Part shown: positions 51,845-60,993 of the stretch, piece by piece
Layout of the letters: every line of letters starts with the position of its first letter
Position numbering within the stretch: the stretch's first letter is position 1
NCBI GenBank assembly: GCA_965140585.1
Contig: OZ223264.1
Location: forward strand, 64,001-128,000
DNA: 64,000 nt
Reading direction: 5' to 3'
From: Spirochaetia bacterium
Lineage (GTDB): Bacteria; Spirochaetota; Spirochaetia; UBA9216
Program-made: the position numbers and the translations under genes
Notes under the pieces: model-generated
Database searches by the model: none
What the model was told of the DNA's origin: nothing
What the model saw: the letters and a program-made list of their open reading frames with translations, nothing else

Positions 51845-53296
51845 ATGGGTGAATTACTCAGGATTAGATCACTTACAACTTCAAACAACACCGAATCGGG
51901 TTTAAACGGCTTTCGGCTGCAGATATTTGATCATGAAATTGCAGGTTTGATAGGATTGAACGGTTCAGGTAAAAGTCTGCTCGTTGATGTTCTTTCCGGT
52001 GAGAGGCAGGTTAGGAAAGGTGTTCTAAAAATAGGTGATAAAAGATGGAGGCTGGATACTCAGCGCCTGTCAAGGACGCTTCTTGAAGAAAACGGTGTAT
52101 ATATTGTGAAGAATGAAACCCGTCTGATAAAAAATCTCAATCTATCCGAGAATATGTCCATCTCGACTATTAAGAAGCTCAGAAGCATGTTGAAAAATCC
52201 GCTTAAGCAGGAGCCTTTGCTGCGTGCGCTGCTGGAAGAGTTTGCTTCTGATCTTGATATAAGTACAAAGGGTGATAATCTTCCGTTGTCTGCACACTGG
52301 CGAATCGGAATTATAAAAGCATACATGGAGGGGGCTAAATTAATAATACTCGATCGTATTCTGGAGTATTGCTCCGCTCCAGAAAATGAACAGATAATGA
52401 ATCTTGTACGGACCTTCCGTAGCAAGGGGACGGCTTTTCTGGTTACATATAATAAAACCGCCCGTTTTTTAAAAGATTTTGACAGGCTTGCAATTGTCAG
52501 AAATGGAAGGCTGGCAGCCGTTGTGCACAGGGAGGACTATGATCCGGAATCTCTTGCCGGACTAATGACAGGTCAAGCTTATTCTGAAACAACTGCAGTT
52601 AGAGCCGGTTCTGAGATACCCGGAAAAAAGAAACTTTTAGAGATAAAAGATCTCAATACAGAAAATTGTATGGCTGAATTAAGTCTGAATCTCTTCACCG
52701 ATGAAATCCTGGGTGTTTACGATCCCGTGCAGGAAAACTCAGAAACTCTTTTAAAGGTCTTAACGGGAAAATGTGAAATTAAAAGTGGGCAGATTCTCAT
52801 AGACGGAAAATCTGTAAGATTTGAAAGTGCACATCATGCTCTGAAATACGGAGTAGGAATAGTGTCTGAAATACTTTTTGACAGGCTTTTTTTTGAAGAC
52901 CTTTCAGCAGGGGATAATATTATGTTTTCTGCTGCGCGTCGGGCTTCAAGGTTTTTAGGGTTTATCTCATCACAGGTAGAACAGTATTTCTGCAAAAAGC
53001 TTCCTCCTGAAATTGGAATTTCTGCAGAATGTAATGACAAGCCTGTCAGATATGTAGACAGGCATATGCAGTTTGTCCTTGCCCTTCATATGAAGATACT
53101 AAGCGGTGCGCAGATTCTAATCCTGGAAAATCCGCTTCGAAGTGCCGATCTCATTACCAGGGAACTTGTTTATCACAATATTGCAGCCCAGACCAAGAAA
53201 GGTCTTGGAATAATTTTTATCTCCTCTGATTATTCAGAGCTCGACGGCTTTTGTGACAGAATTATACAGTTTGAACAAAAAGGAGTTTTTCAGTGA
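51845..53296 (+). CDS. Degenerate CUT2 sugar-ABC ATPase-like protein
   Basis: Two-NBD layout; Walker A GLNGSGKS kept, but Walker B is LIILDR, H-switch is TYN and the LSGGNQ signature is absent. Confidence 0.82.
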   Translation: MGELLRIRSLTTSNNTESGLNGFRLQIFDHEIAGLIGLNGSGKSLLVDVLSGERQVRKGVLKIGDKRWRLDTQRLSRTLLEENGVYIVKNETRLIKNLNLSENMSISTIKKLRSMLKNPLKQEPLLRALLEEFASDLDISTKGDNLPLSAHWRIGIIKAYMEGAKLIILDRILEYCSAPENEQIMNLVRTFRSKGTAFLVTYNKTARFLKDFDRLAIVRNGRLAAVVHREDYDPESLAGLMTGQAYSETTAVRAGSEIPGKKKLLEIKDLNTENCMAELSLNLFTDEILGVYDPVQENSETLLKVLTGKCEIKSGQILIDGKSVRFESAHHALKYGVGIVSEILFDRLFFEDLSAGDNIMFSAARRASRFLGFISSQVEQYFCKKLPPEIGISAECNDKPVRYVDRHMQFVLALHMKILSGAQILILENPLRSADLITRELVYHNIAAQTKKGLGIIFISSDYSELDGFCDRIIQFEQKGVFQ

Positions 53297-54258
53297 AAAA
53301 CACTGCTCTGAAGCATCTATTGAGAGATCATCTTAATCTGTGGTTTATACTCGGTATAATTACAATCGAGTTGATTTTTTTAAAAATTGCAATTCCGAGT
53401 TTCATCTCTTTGAACAGCATTATCGGTTTTGGCCGTCAGTCTGCTATAATTTCAGTTCTGGCTATAGGTATGTGTATAATTCTAATAAGCGGAGGGTTCG
53501 ATCTTTCTGTGGGCGCAATCGTCTCACTGCTTGGAATGGTTGCAGCACTTTTATTTATCCGGTTCAATATTCCTCTGCTTCCGGTCTGTATTATTATTAT
53601 CGTTCTTGGCGGAAGCCTTGGTTTTCTTAACGGTTCGGTTTGTGCAAAAGTCCGGATTCATCCTTTCATACTTACTACAGCCCTGTCTGTTGTTTACAGG
53701 GGAACTGCGAACATTGTTAATAACGGAATGCCCATGTACGGACTTCCTGCAAGTCTCCTTAAACTGGATCGATATGCATTGCTTGGAGTTCCGCTCTCAC
53801 TGATAATACTGATTCTTTGTTTTGTTTTCGGTGCTTATATACTGAGGAAAACATATCTTGGAAAGTATATTTATGCGATCGGGCTGGACGAAAAAACAGC
53901 TGAATACGCAGGTATTGATTCAAAACTCATAAAAAAGATTGTATACAGCATTTCAGGAATGTTCTATGGAATAGCTTCAATTCTGCTTCTTACAAAGATA
54001 GGCTCAGCTCAGCCCAATGCTATGACCGGTATAGAACTCGATTTGCTTGTTGCCGCAGCTATAGGCGGGATAAGTTTCAAAGGCGGCAGGGGCCGGCTCC
54101 TGAATATAATACTTGGAGTGCTGCTAATGGAGATCTTCGCAGATACGTTGATTATCTTTAATGTTGGTGAATATTACAGAAGTATTTTCAAGGGGCTGGT
54201 TTTGCTGGCGGCCCTGTTTATGGATGGTGTAATTCGAACCGGAAAAGAAAAATCATAA
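53293..54258 (+). CDS. Sugar ABC transporter permease (RbsC-like), first copy
   Basis: GGFDLSVG, IHPFILT, GKYIYAIG...AEYAGI, ELDLLVAAAIGG; GTGA overlap with the degenerate ATPase. Confidence 0.9.
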   Translation: MKNTALKHLLRDHLNLWFILGIITIELIFLKIAIPSFISLNSIIGFGRQSAIISVLAIGMCIILISGGFDLSVGAIVSLLGMVAALLFIRFNIPLLPVCIIIIVLGGSLGFLNGSVCAKVRIHPFILTTALSVVYRGTANIVNNGMPMYGLPASLLKLDRYALLGVPLSLIILILCFVFGAYILRKTYLGKYIYAIGLDEKTAEYAGIDSKLIKKIVYSISGMFYGIASILLLTKIGSAQPNAMTGIELDLLVAAAIGGISFKGGRGRLLNIILGVLLMEIFADTLIIFNVGEYYRSIFKGLVLLAALFMDGVIRTGKEKS

Positions 54259-54298
54259 TTTTGTCTGAATTTTATCAACATAAATCTTAAATTTGTCT
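54257..54298 (+). promoter_or_regulatory. Phased direct repeats upstream of the transporter genes (candidate response-regulator site)
   Basis: AATTTTGTCT (54257), AATTTTATCA (54268), AAATTTGTCT (54289), followed by TGTTATCCT extended -10-like element. Confidence 0.5.
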
Positions 54299-54366
54299 CA
54301 TTGCGTGCTGAATTCGGCAGTGTTATCCTTAATTATCAGTAATAAACCACAAAGGGGTATCAAACA

Positions 54367-55893
54367 GTGCCGTCTCCGGTTCTAGAAATGAATAATATTA
54401 CTAAAAGTTTCTCGGGAGTAAAGGTCCTTGAAGATGTTCAGCTCACGATAAATCCAGGCGAAGTACATGCACTTATGGGTGAAAACGGTGCCGGAAAATC
54501 TACACTGATGAACATTCTTATGGGAATACATTCTGCAGACAGCGGACAGATTCTTCTCAACGGTAAAGTTGTTGTTAACAGAAGTCCCAAAGAAGCCATG
54601 GATAACGGAATATCCATGATTCATCAGGAACTTCACCCAATTCAGGATATGGACGTATCTGAGAATGTTTTTCTTGGAAGAGAGATCAGAAATGGAACGG
54701 AAGGTTTTTTCAGTCTTGTAAACAGAAATAAAATGAGACATGAGACCGCGAAACTTTTTGAGAATGCAGGTATCGATATTAATCCATCATCATTGATGCG
54801 GGATCTTAGTGTTGCTCAATGTCAGCTTGTTGAAATAATCAAGTCTGTAGCACTGTCATCCAAGATAATAATTATGGATGAACCTACATCCGCAATCACT
54901 GAAAAAGAAGTCGATTTGCTGTTCAACCAGATTAGAATGCTGAAGGAAAGCGGTACCGCAGTTATATATATTTCACATAAGATGGATGAAATATTCAGGG
55001 TTGCTGACCGGATTTCTGTTCTTAGAGACGGGAAATATATCGGCAGCGATAAAACAGAAAATCTTGATGAGCAGAAACTGATAAAGATGATGGTCGGCAG
55101 AGAGCTTACAGAGGTTTTTCCAAAAACAGAGGCCGAAATTGGCGAGATTATTCTTGAAGCAAAAAACTACAGATGGGGCAGAAAAGTCAGAGATGTAAGT
55201 TTTAATCTCCGGCGCGGAGAAATACTGGGTATTGCCGGTCTGGTCGGAGCAGGAAGAAGTGAGCTGGTTGAAACCATCTTCGGGGTGCATCCGGACGGAA
55301 GCGGTGATTTATATTTACACGGTGAAAAGATGTTCATTCGCAGGACAAGTGATGCCATCCGGCACCGGATTGCTCTGGTGACAGAAGACCGTAAAAAGAC
55401 GGGTCTTAATCTTATTGCATCCATTAAAGATAATATTACTCTGGTTTCGCTGGACCAGCTTTTTACAAAGGGTGTTATCAACAGGAAAAAAGAATCCAAA
55501 ATCGCAGATGAAAGCATTAAAAAGCTAAAGGTAAAAGCCCATTCAAAGTTTGATGCAACCAGCTCTTTGAGCGGCGGAAATCAGCAGAAAGTTGTTATAG
55601 CAAAATGGCTTTTATCAGAGCCTGATATTATTATCATGGACGAGCCGACCAGGGGTATCGATGTAGGCGCCAAAAGAGAGATTTATCTGCTTCTTGGTGA
55701 GCTTGTAAAAGCCGGGAAGGCGGTATTGATGATTTCATCCGAGATTCCTGAAATCATGGGAGTTGCAGACAGAATCCTTGTTATGGCTGAAGGCCGTATT
55801 ACCGGGGAGTTGCAAAGAGGAGAATTCTCCCAGGAAAAGATTATGCACTATGCTTCACAATTCAGAAAAGGAAATAATGATGAAGAAAATTAA
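54367..55893 (+). CDS. Sugar ABC transporter ATP-binding protein (RbsA/MglA-like), canonical
   Basis: GENGAGKST, HQE, IIIMDEPT, SHK, LSGGNQQK, DEPTRGID. Confidence 0.95.
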   Translation: MPSPVLEMNNITKSFSGVKVLEDVQLTINPGEVHALMGENGAGKSTLMNILMGIHSADSGQILLNGKVVVNRSPKEAMDNGISMIHQELHPIQDMDVSENVFLGREIRNGTEGFFSLVNRNKMRHETAKLFENAGIDINPSSLMRDLSVAQCQLVEIIKSVALSSKIIIMDEPTSAITEKEVDLLFNQIRMLKESGTAVIYISHKMDEIFRVADRISVLRDGKYIGSDKTENLDEQKLIKMMVGRELTEVFPKTEAEIGEIILEAKNYRWGRKVRDVSFNLRRGEILGIAGLVGAGRSELVETIFGVHPDGSGDLYLHGEKMFIRRTSDAIRHRIALVTEDRKKTGLNLIASIKDNITLVSLDQLFTKGVINRKKESKIADESIKKLKVKAHSKFDATSSLSGGNQQKVVIAKWLLSEPDIIIMDEPTRGIDVGAKREIYLLLGELVKAGKAVLMISSEIPEIMGVADRILVMAEGRITGELQRGEFSQEKIMHYASQFRKGNNDEEN

Positions 55894-56842
55894 GGATATT
55901 ATGACACTTCGCTCAATGCGGGAACTTGGGATAGTATTTGTATTTGCTGCCATCCTGATTGTTCTGATGATTTTATCACCAAATGCATTCGCAAGACCTG
56001 CCAATCTTATAAATATAATCAAGCAGGCTTCCATTAATGGAATCCTCGCAATGGGTATGATGTTTGTAATTATAGGCGGTGACATTGATCTTTCAGTAGG
56101 ATCCATTGTTGCGCTAACCGGAGTTGTTTCAGCCAGTTTTGCACACCCCGGAGAGTATCCTCTGATCGTTCCGTTTATACTGGCCATTGTGATAGGTATG
56201 TTTGTAGGCTGGTTAAACGGTGTAGGGGTTTCTCATGGAAAAATACCTTCATTCATTGTAACTCTGGGTATGATGACAATAGTCCGTGGCGTTGCCCTTA
56301 TCATTGCAAAGGGAGCCCCTGTATTCGGAGTAACTGATGAATATGAGTTTATTGCCGGGGGCTTTCTTTTTGACCGGGTGCCTCTGCTTGTTGTTTACTT
56401 TGCTGTAATTACAGCAATAAGTGCCTATATTTTGAATAAAACCGTATTCGGGCGAAGGGTTTACGCGATAGGTGGTAATGATATTTCTGCGGCTTTTTCC
56501 GGAATAAATGTAAATAAAATTCGTATTACCATATTCATGATCTCAGGAATGCTTGCAGGGTTTGCCGGTCTGCTTCTGGCTTCAAGAACAGTATCTGGTA
56601 ATCCGACTGCAGGTCAGTCATATGAGCTTGACGCGATTGCAGCCGTAATTATCGGTGGAGTGAGCATGTCCGGAGGATCCGGAAAGTGGTACGGAACTGT
56701 AATAGGCGCACTGTTAATCGCTGTTATCGGTAATGGACTGGATATTCTGAATGTCTCGTCGCATTATCAGCTTGTCATCAAGGGGGCAATCATAATCTTT
56801 GCTGTACTTCTTGATGTTAAAGGTAAGGGAAAAACGGCTTAA
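55877..56842 (+). CDS. Sugar ABC transporter permease (RbsC-like), second copy
   Basis: IDLSVGS, IPSFIVTLG, GRRVYAIGGN, YELDAIAAVIIGG. Confidence 0.93.
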   Translation: MMKKIKDIMTLRSMRELGIVFVFAAILIVLMILSPNAFARPANLINIIKQASINGILAMGMMFVIIGGDIDLSVGSIVALTGVVSASFAHPGEYPLIVPFILAIVIGMFVGWLNGVGVSHGKIPSFIVTLGMMTIVRGVALIIAKGAPVFGVTDEYEFIAGGFLFDRVPLLVVYFAVITAISAYILNKTVFGRRVYAIGGNDISAAFSGINVNKIRITIFMISGMLAGFAGLLLASRTVSGNPTAGQSYELDAIAAVIIGGVSMSGGSGKWYGTVIGALLIAVIGNGLDILNVSSHYQLVIKGAIIIFAVLLDVKGKGKTA

Positions 56843-56886
56843 GCCGGTTTAATAAAAATGGAATCTCATAATTTAGGAGGATTTTT

Positions 56887-57819
56887 ATGAGAAAACTGTT
56901 AACAATGGTTTTTACTCTCATGCTGGTCATGTCACTTTCTGTCTTTGCTTCAGGAAATTCAGAATCTGATGCAGCCAAACCTGCAAAATATGCACTTATG
57001 ATGAGTCATATGACAAACGCCTTTACAATGGAGCTGTCAAACGCTGTTAAAGAAAAAGCAGCTGAACTCGGTGTTGAACTTACCGTTTTTGATGGTGGGC
57101 AGGATGTTTCAAAGCAGATCAGCCAGGTTGAATCTGCTGTAAATCAGGGCTATGCAGGTATTCTTATTGAACCTGTATCAGTTGATGGAATTAAGCCTGC
57201 AGCAGAAACTGCCAAAAAGGCAGGTATTCCGCTGGTTACGGTTAACCAGAAAATTACACATCAGGAACTCACCAGTGCCTTTGTTGGTGCCAACCCTGTT
57301 GAAGGCGGAGAGCTTGAAATGAGAACCGCTGCAAATGATATCGGCGGATCAGGCAAGGTTGCCTTTCTGCTGGGGCCCCTGGGTTCTGATGCCCAGATTG
57401 GTAGAACCGAAGGATATTATAACGTACTCAAAGAGTTCCCTGGAATTGAAGTAGTATATGAACAGACTGCAAACTGGAGAACAGATGAAGCTCTGAAGCT
57501 TGTTGAAAACTGGCTTCAGACCGGAGTTGAACTTAAAGCTATTGTAGCAAACAATGACGGTATGGCTCTTGGTGCTCTGAAGGCTGTTGAAGATGCAAAG
57601 ATGCTTGATAAGATCAAGATTTACGGTCTTGATGCTACCCCTGATGCTCTTGCTGCTGTAAGAGAAGGCCGACTTTCTGCAACAATTTCTCAGAGCACTT
57701 CTGATCAGGGAATGGTTGCCATGGAAACAATTGTAAAGATTGTTAACGGAGAATCCGTACCTGCAGAAATAATTGTAGGACATACACTTATCAACAGTTC
57801 AAATATTGCTGATTTTTAA
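56887..57819 (+). CDS. Sugar ABC substrate-binding protein (RbsB-like)
   Basis: Signal FASGNSE; NAFT, ANWR, ANNDGMALGA, GLDAT. Confidence 0.92.
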   Translation: MRKLLTMVFTLMLVMSLSVFASGNSESDAAKPAKYALMMSHMTNAFTMELSNAVKEKAAELGVELTVFDGGQDVSKQISQVESAVNQGYAGILIEPVSVDGIKPAAETAKKAGIPLVTVNQKITHQELTSAFVGANPVEGGELEMRTAANDIGGSGKVAFLLGPLGSDAQIGRTEGYYNVLKEFPGIEVVYEQTANWRTDEALKLVENWLQTGVELKAIVANNDGMALGALKAVEDAKMLDKIKIYGLDATPDALAAVREGRLSATISQSTSDQGMVAMETIVKIVNGESVPAEIIVGHTLINSSNIADF

Positions 57820-57846
57820 TCTGATAAAATATTTAAATATCAGGAG

Positions 57847-57873
57847 GGACCGCAGAATGCGGTCCTTTTTTTT
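57847..57873 (+). terminator. Rho-independent terminator
   Basis: GGACCGCA-gaa-TGCGGTCC followed by T8. Confidence 0.9.
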
Positions 57874-58988
57874 CAGTAAGTTTTCTTCAGCCAGGAGAGG
57901 TATCCATCGCTGAGTTCTTCGGAAGTTCTTCCTGTGACCTGTTCGAATGCTGAATGAAGTACCGGCTGCAGAATTGATTCCGAATCTTCAGATTTAGCCC
58001 GATCGAAAAAATCTTTACCTGCACAGGCTTCAAGTATTTTACGGTGTACATCATCCCCCCAGGTTTCCGCCATATATTTCACTATCAGCGCTGAAATACC
58101 GTAAAAACATGATATTTCCTTTTCGTCTGTCATGGACGCCATATCAATACTCTCAAGCTTTGCGATATTCCAGGCTGCATCAGAAGGTGAAAGCCTGCCG
58201 CTTTTTATAAAATCACCTCCGAACACAGCGCCGTTGCCGTAGTGTACGGCGAGGCCTTCCGCATACCAGCCTGCCAGATAGTTTCTGCTTATTTTCAGTG
58301 TAATGTGATGAACAAGTTCATGCCTTATTGTTCCCTCATAGGGAGGAATGGTCGGATGGCCGGTCCAGATTTTCAGTGATTCATTTGCCTCTCCCCATGC
58401 CGTGAACTGCCTTTCGATTATAGGGTATGTTCTCTGCCTCAGCAGTTCTCTGTCGGTATACAGCTTGACCGGAAAGTTCTCATCAACACCTGTACCGAAC
58501 AGGTCCGACAATGCCTCATTTGAATTTATAAGGTATCTTTCAAATGACTGAAGATTCCTTTCATTTTCCCGGTAGAAGATTCTGAATCCGTCAACATCAT
58601 GCCGCAGGAAATCCAGATCGCAGTCCAGCCACTTGCCGTCCTGATAGCTGTACACAATGTTATAATTAAAGTCAAAGTTTTCACCGGCATATATGTGCTT
58701 CTGATTGATGTGAACAAGTACAGTTCTTTGGTCAATCTGATCGATTCCGGTAATATTAAAAGAAAGGTTTTGAAAATCATTATTTGCCATATACCAGAAC
58801 CAGGCATAGCTTTCATTACGGTAGTAGCTGTCTTCGGTGCTTAGCGTGGACATGTATAAATCTGAATCGGAGGTATTGATTGCGGTAATTTTATTATTCC
58901 ATGATTCAGAAAGCTTTTCTTCCACCGAAACACAGGAAAAAAATATTGCCGTCATAAAAACGATGAGTGTAAAAATTTTCTTTTTCAT
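57873..58988 (-). CDS. Lipoprotein with peptidase MA-like gluzincin domain
   Basis: Lipobox FFSC; HELVH followed by WYAEGLAVH. Confidence 0.78.
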   Translation of the reverse strand: MKKKIFTLIVFMTAIFFSCVSVEEKLSESWNNKITAINTSDSDLYMSTLSTEDSYYRNESYAWFWYMANNDFQNLSFNITGIDQIDQRTVLVHINQKHIYAGENFDFNYNIVYSYQDGKWLDCDLDFLRHDVDGFRIFYRENERNLQSFERYLINSNEALSDLFGTGVDENFPVKLYTDRELLRQRTYPIIERQFTAWGEANESLKIWTGHPTIPPYEGTIRHELVHHITLKISRNYLAGWYAEGLAVHYGNGAVFGGDFIKSGRLSPSDAAWNIAKLESIDMASMTDEKEISCFYGISALIVKYMAETWGDDVHRKILEACAGKDFFDRAKSEDSESILQPVLHSAFEQVTGRTSEELSDGYLSWLKKTY

Positions 58989-59038
58989 AATGGAATAATT
59001 ATAACATGATATAATTATTTGAAAGGAGAGTAGTTGTT

Positions 59039-59314
59039 TTGATTGAGATTAATGAGCTGCTTAGTATTATCATTGACATCGTAAGTTTTTCGTTTCTGCT
59101 TATTGCCGGTTCCAAGGTGAATTTTCAGCGTTTTAAGCTCATTATTCTTGCAGTTATTTTTGTTGTCCTCAGCCATACAGCAACCGTTGTGGAGGGCTTT
59201 TTACTACCAAATTTTTTTAATGTCCTTGAACACTTGTTTTTATTATCCGCGATGATAACTCTGCTTTTTGCTGTCTCAAGAATTGCCTTTAAAAGTGAAT
59301 GTTCCGGTGCCTGA
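59039..59314 (+). CDS. Small 3-TM membrane protein
   Basis: TTG after AGGAG; three hydrophobic segments; overlaps the kinase start. Confidence 0.7.
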   Translation: MIEINELLSIIIDIVSFSFLLIAGSKVNFQRFKLIILAVIFVVLSHTATVVEGFLLPNFFNVLEHLFLLSAMITLLFAVSRIAFKSECSGA

Positions 59315-60257
59315 TATTATCATAATAATTAATACAGCAGGTATTCTTGCCGGTTTTGCAGGTATATTTCTGATTATAAAAGCGATTATCAGGAAGCGAC
59401 TGGTCTGGCAGAGCGGTATTTTTCTTCTCATTCCCGTCCTGGTTCTCATCTTTGTATTTACGGCAAATGTTTTCGAATATGAGCACCTCTATATCAATAT
59501 GGATCAGTATGAAGAGTATCTTGAACTGCTGATAATTCCTGCTCTTCTTATTTTTCTGTATTCACTTGTGACAGAAGAGGTGCTGAAAGAAAAAGTGAAA
59601 CGTGAGCAGGAACTTGAGAGAATGGTCAAGGAGCGAAACCTGTTCATTCAGGAACTGCAGCACCGTATCAAAAATAATCTACAGCTGATAAGCAGTTTTA
59701 TTAATCTTCAGATTGGTAATTCTGACAAGCGTGAAATTATGGATGCACTGGGAGCTGCAGTAAATAGGATTGATTCACTTGGTGTAGTGCAGAATGTACT
59801 TTACGACATAGATGATTTCTCAAATATCAGGATAGAATCATGTTTCGGTGAGGTTATAAGAAATCTTGTCGGATATTTTGAAATTGATACCAGAGAGACG
59901 CTTGTTGAGCTTTCTGATAGGGGTATTACAGCCGGGATGGATACAGTTGTGTCATGCTGCGTAATAATTAATGAGCTGGTTAGCAATATATTCAGGCATG
60001 TTAAAAGCCATGTTGAGAGATGTGTAATTAAAATTGATGTAGATCAGAGTTCTGACGGTATGCTGATTATCGGCCTGTCAGATAACGGCCCCGGCTTAAG
60101 TGAGAATATCAGCTTTGAGAAGACTCCGGGTCTTGGACTTTTAATAGTAGATGTTGTGACTCAGCAGATAGGCGGAACTGTAGAGATACTCAGGGGCAGC
60201 GGGACTGAATTCCGTTTTAAAATCCCTGCAGAAACAAAAAAAGTAATTGAAAAATAA
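59307..60257 (+). CDS. Membrane histidine kinase (HisKA_2 type)
   Basis: ELQHRIKNNLQ, INELVSN, DNGPG, GLGL; start uncertain (GTG 59307). Confidence 0.88.
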   Translation: MPDIIIIINTAGILAGFAGIFLIIKAIIRKRLVWQSGIFLLIPVLVLIFVFTANVFEYEHLYINMDQYEEYLELLIIPALLIFLYSLVTEEVLKEKVKREQELERMVKERNLFIQELQHRIKNNLQLISSFINLQIGNSDKREIMDALGAAVNRIDSLGVVQNVLYDIDDFSNIRIESCFGEVIRNLVGYFEIDTRETLVELSDRGITAGMDTVVSCCVIINELVSNIFRHVKSHVERCVIKIDVDQSSDGMLIIGLSDNGPGLSENISFEKTPGLGLLIVDVVTQQIGGTVEILRGSGTEFRFKIPAETKKVIEK

Positions 60258-60313
60258 TAAAAAGATAAATACTTTATATATAATAAATAATATATTAAAT
60301 ATGAGGTGTTTAA

Positions 60314-60982
60314 ATGAAAAAATATATTCCTGTGATTTTCCTTTTTCTTTTTATCTTCTCATGTGCCGCTGATGAATCGGCTTCTACAGCTGAGGCTGAC
60401 GGTTATATTAAAAACGGTCTGAGGTATGTTGAGATTCCTGAAAAAAGCAGTCAGATTCAGCTGAAAGTATACAGAGGCGATTATGTTGTTTTTCAGCCCT
60501 CTGAAAGCGATTCCGCTTTACTGAGTATTCCGGGCCTGGATATAAATGAGACTGTTTATAAATCATCAGCTGATGCAGGTTATATAAAAATGAAAAGTGC
60601 CGGTGAGTTCGAGTTCACCATTGGTGGTAAAAAAGGCACTGTCACGGTAACAGAATTTGAGGCGGAAAGCTACAAGGCTGTTTCAGCGGAAGATGCTTAT
60701 AACCTTATTAAGACTGTGGATCCTGTTATTCTTGATGTAAGAACCCAGGCAGAATACGACAGCGGGCATCTGGAAGGCGCGATCCTGATTCCGGTTCAGG
60801 TGCTTGAACAGAATATGGGTGTACTGGAACAGTTTAAAGATGAGAACATCCTTGTTTACTGTGCGTCCGGAAACCGCAGTACTGTGGCTTCGAAGCTGCT
60901 TCTTGAGGCAGACTTCTCCCGTCTGTACAACATGCGCTACGGTATAAGAGAGTGGCTGCAGAAGGGTTATCCGGTAGAATGA
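60314..60982 (+). CDS. Rhodanese-domain lipoprotein
   Basis: Lipobox IFSC; LDVRTQAEYDSGHLEGA, YCASGNRS, GIREW. Confidence 0.88.
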   Translation: MKKYIPVIFLFLFIFSCAADESASTAEADGYIKNGLRYVEIPEKSSQIQLKVYRGDYVVFQPSESDSALLSIPGLDINETVYKSSADAGYIKMKSAGEFEFTIGGKKGTVTVTEFEAESYKAVSAEDAYNLIKTVDPVILDVRTQAEYDSGHLEGAILIPVQVLEQNMGVLEQFKDENILVYCASGNRSTVASKLLLEADFSRLYNMRYGIREWLQKGYPVE

Positions 60983-60993
60983 CCCTTCTGCAT

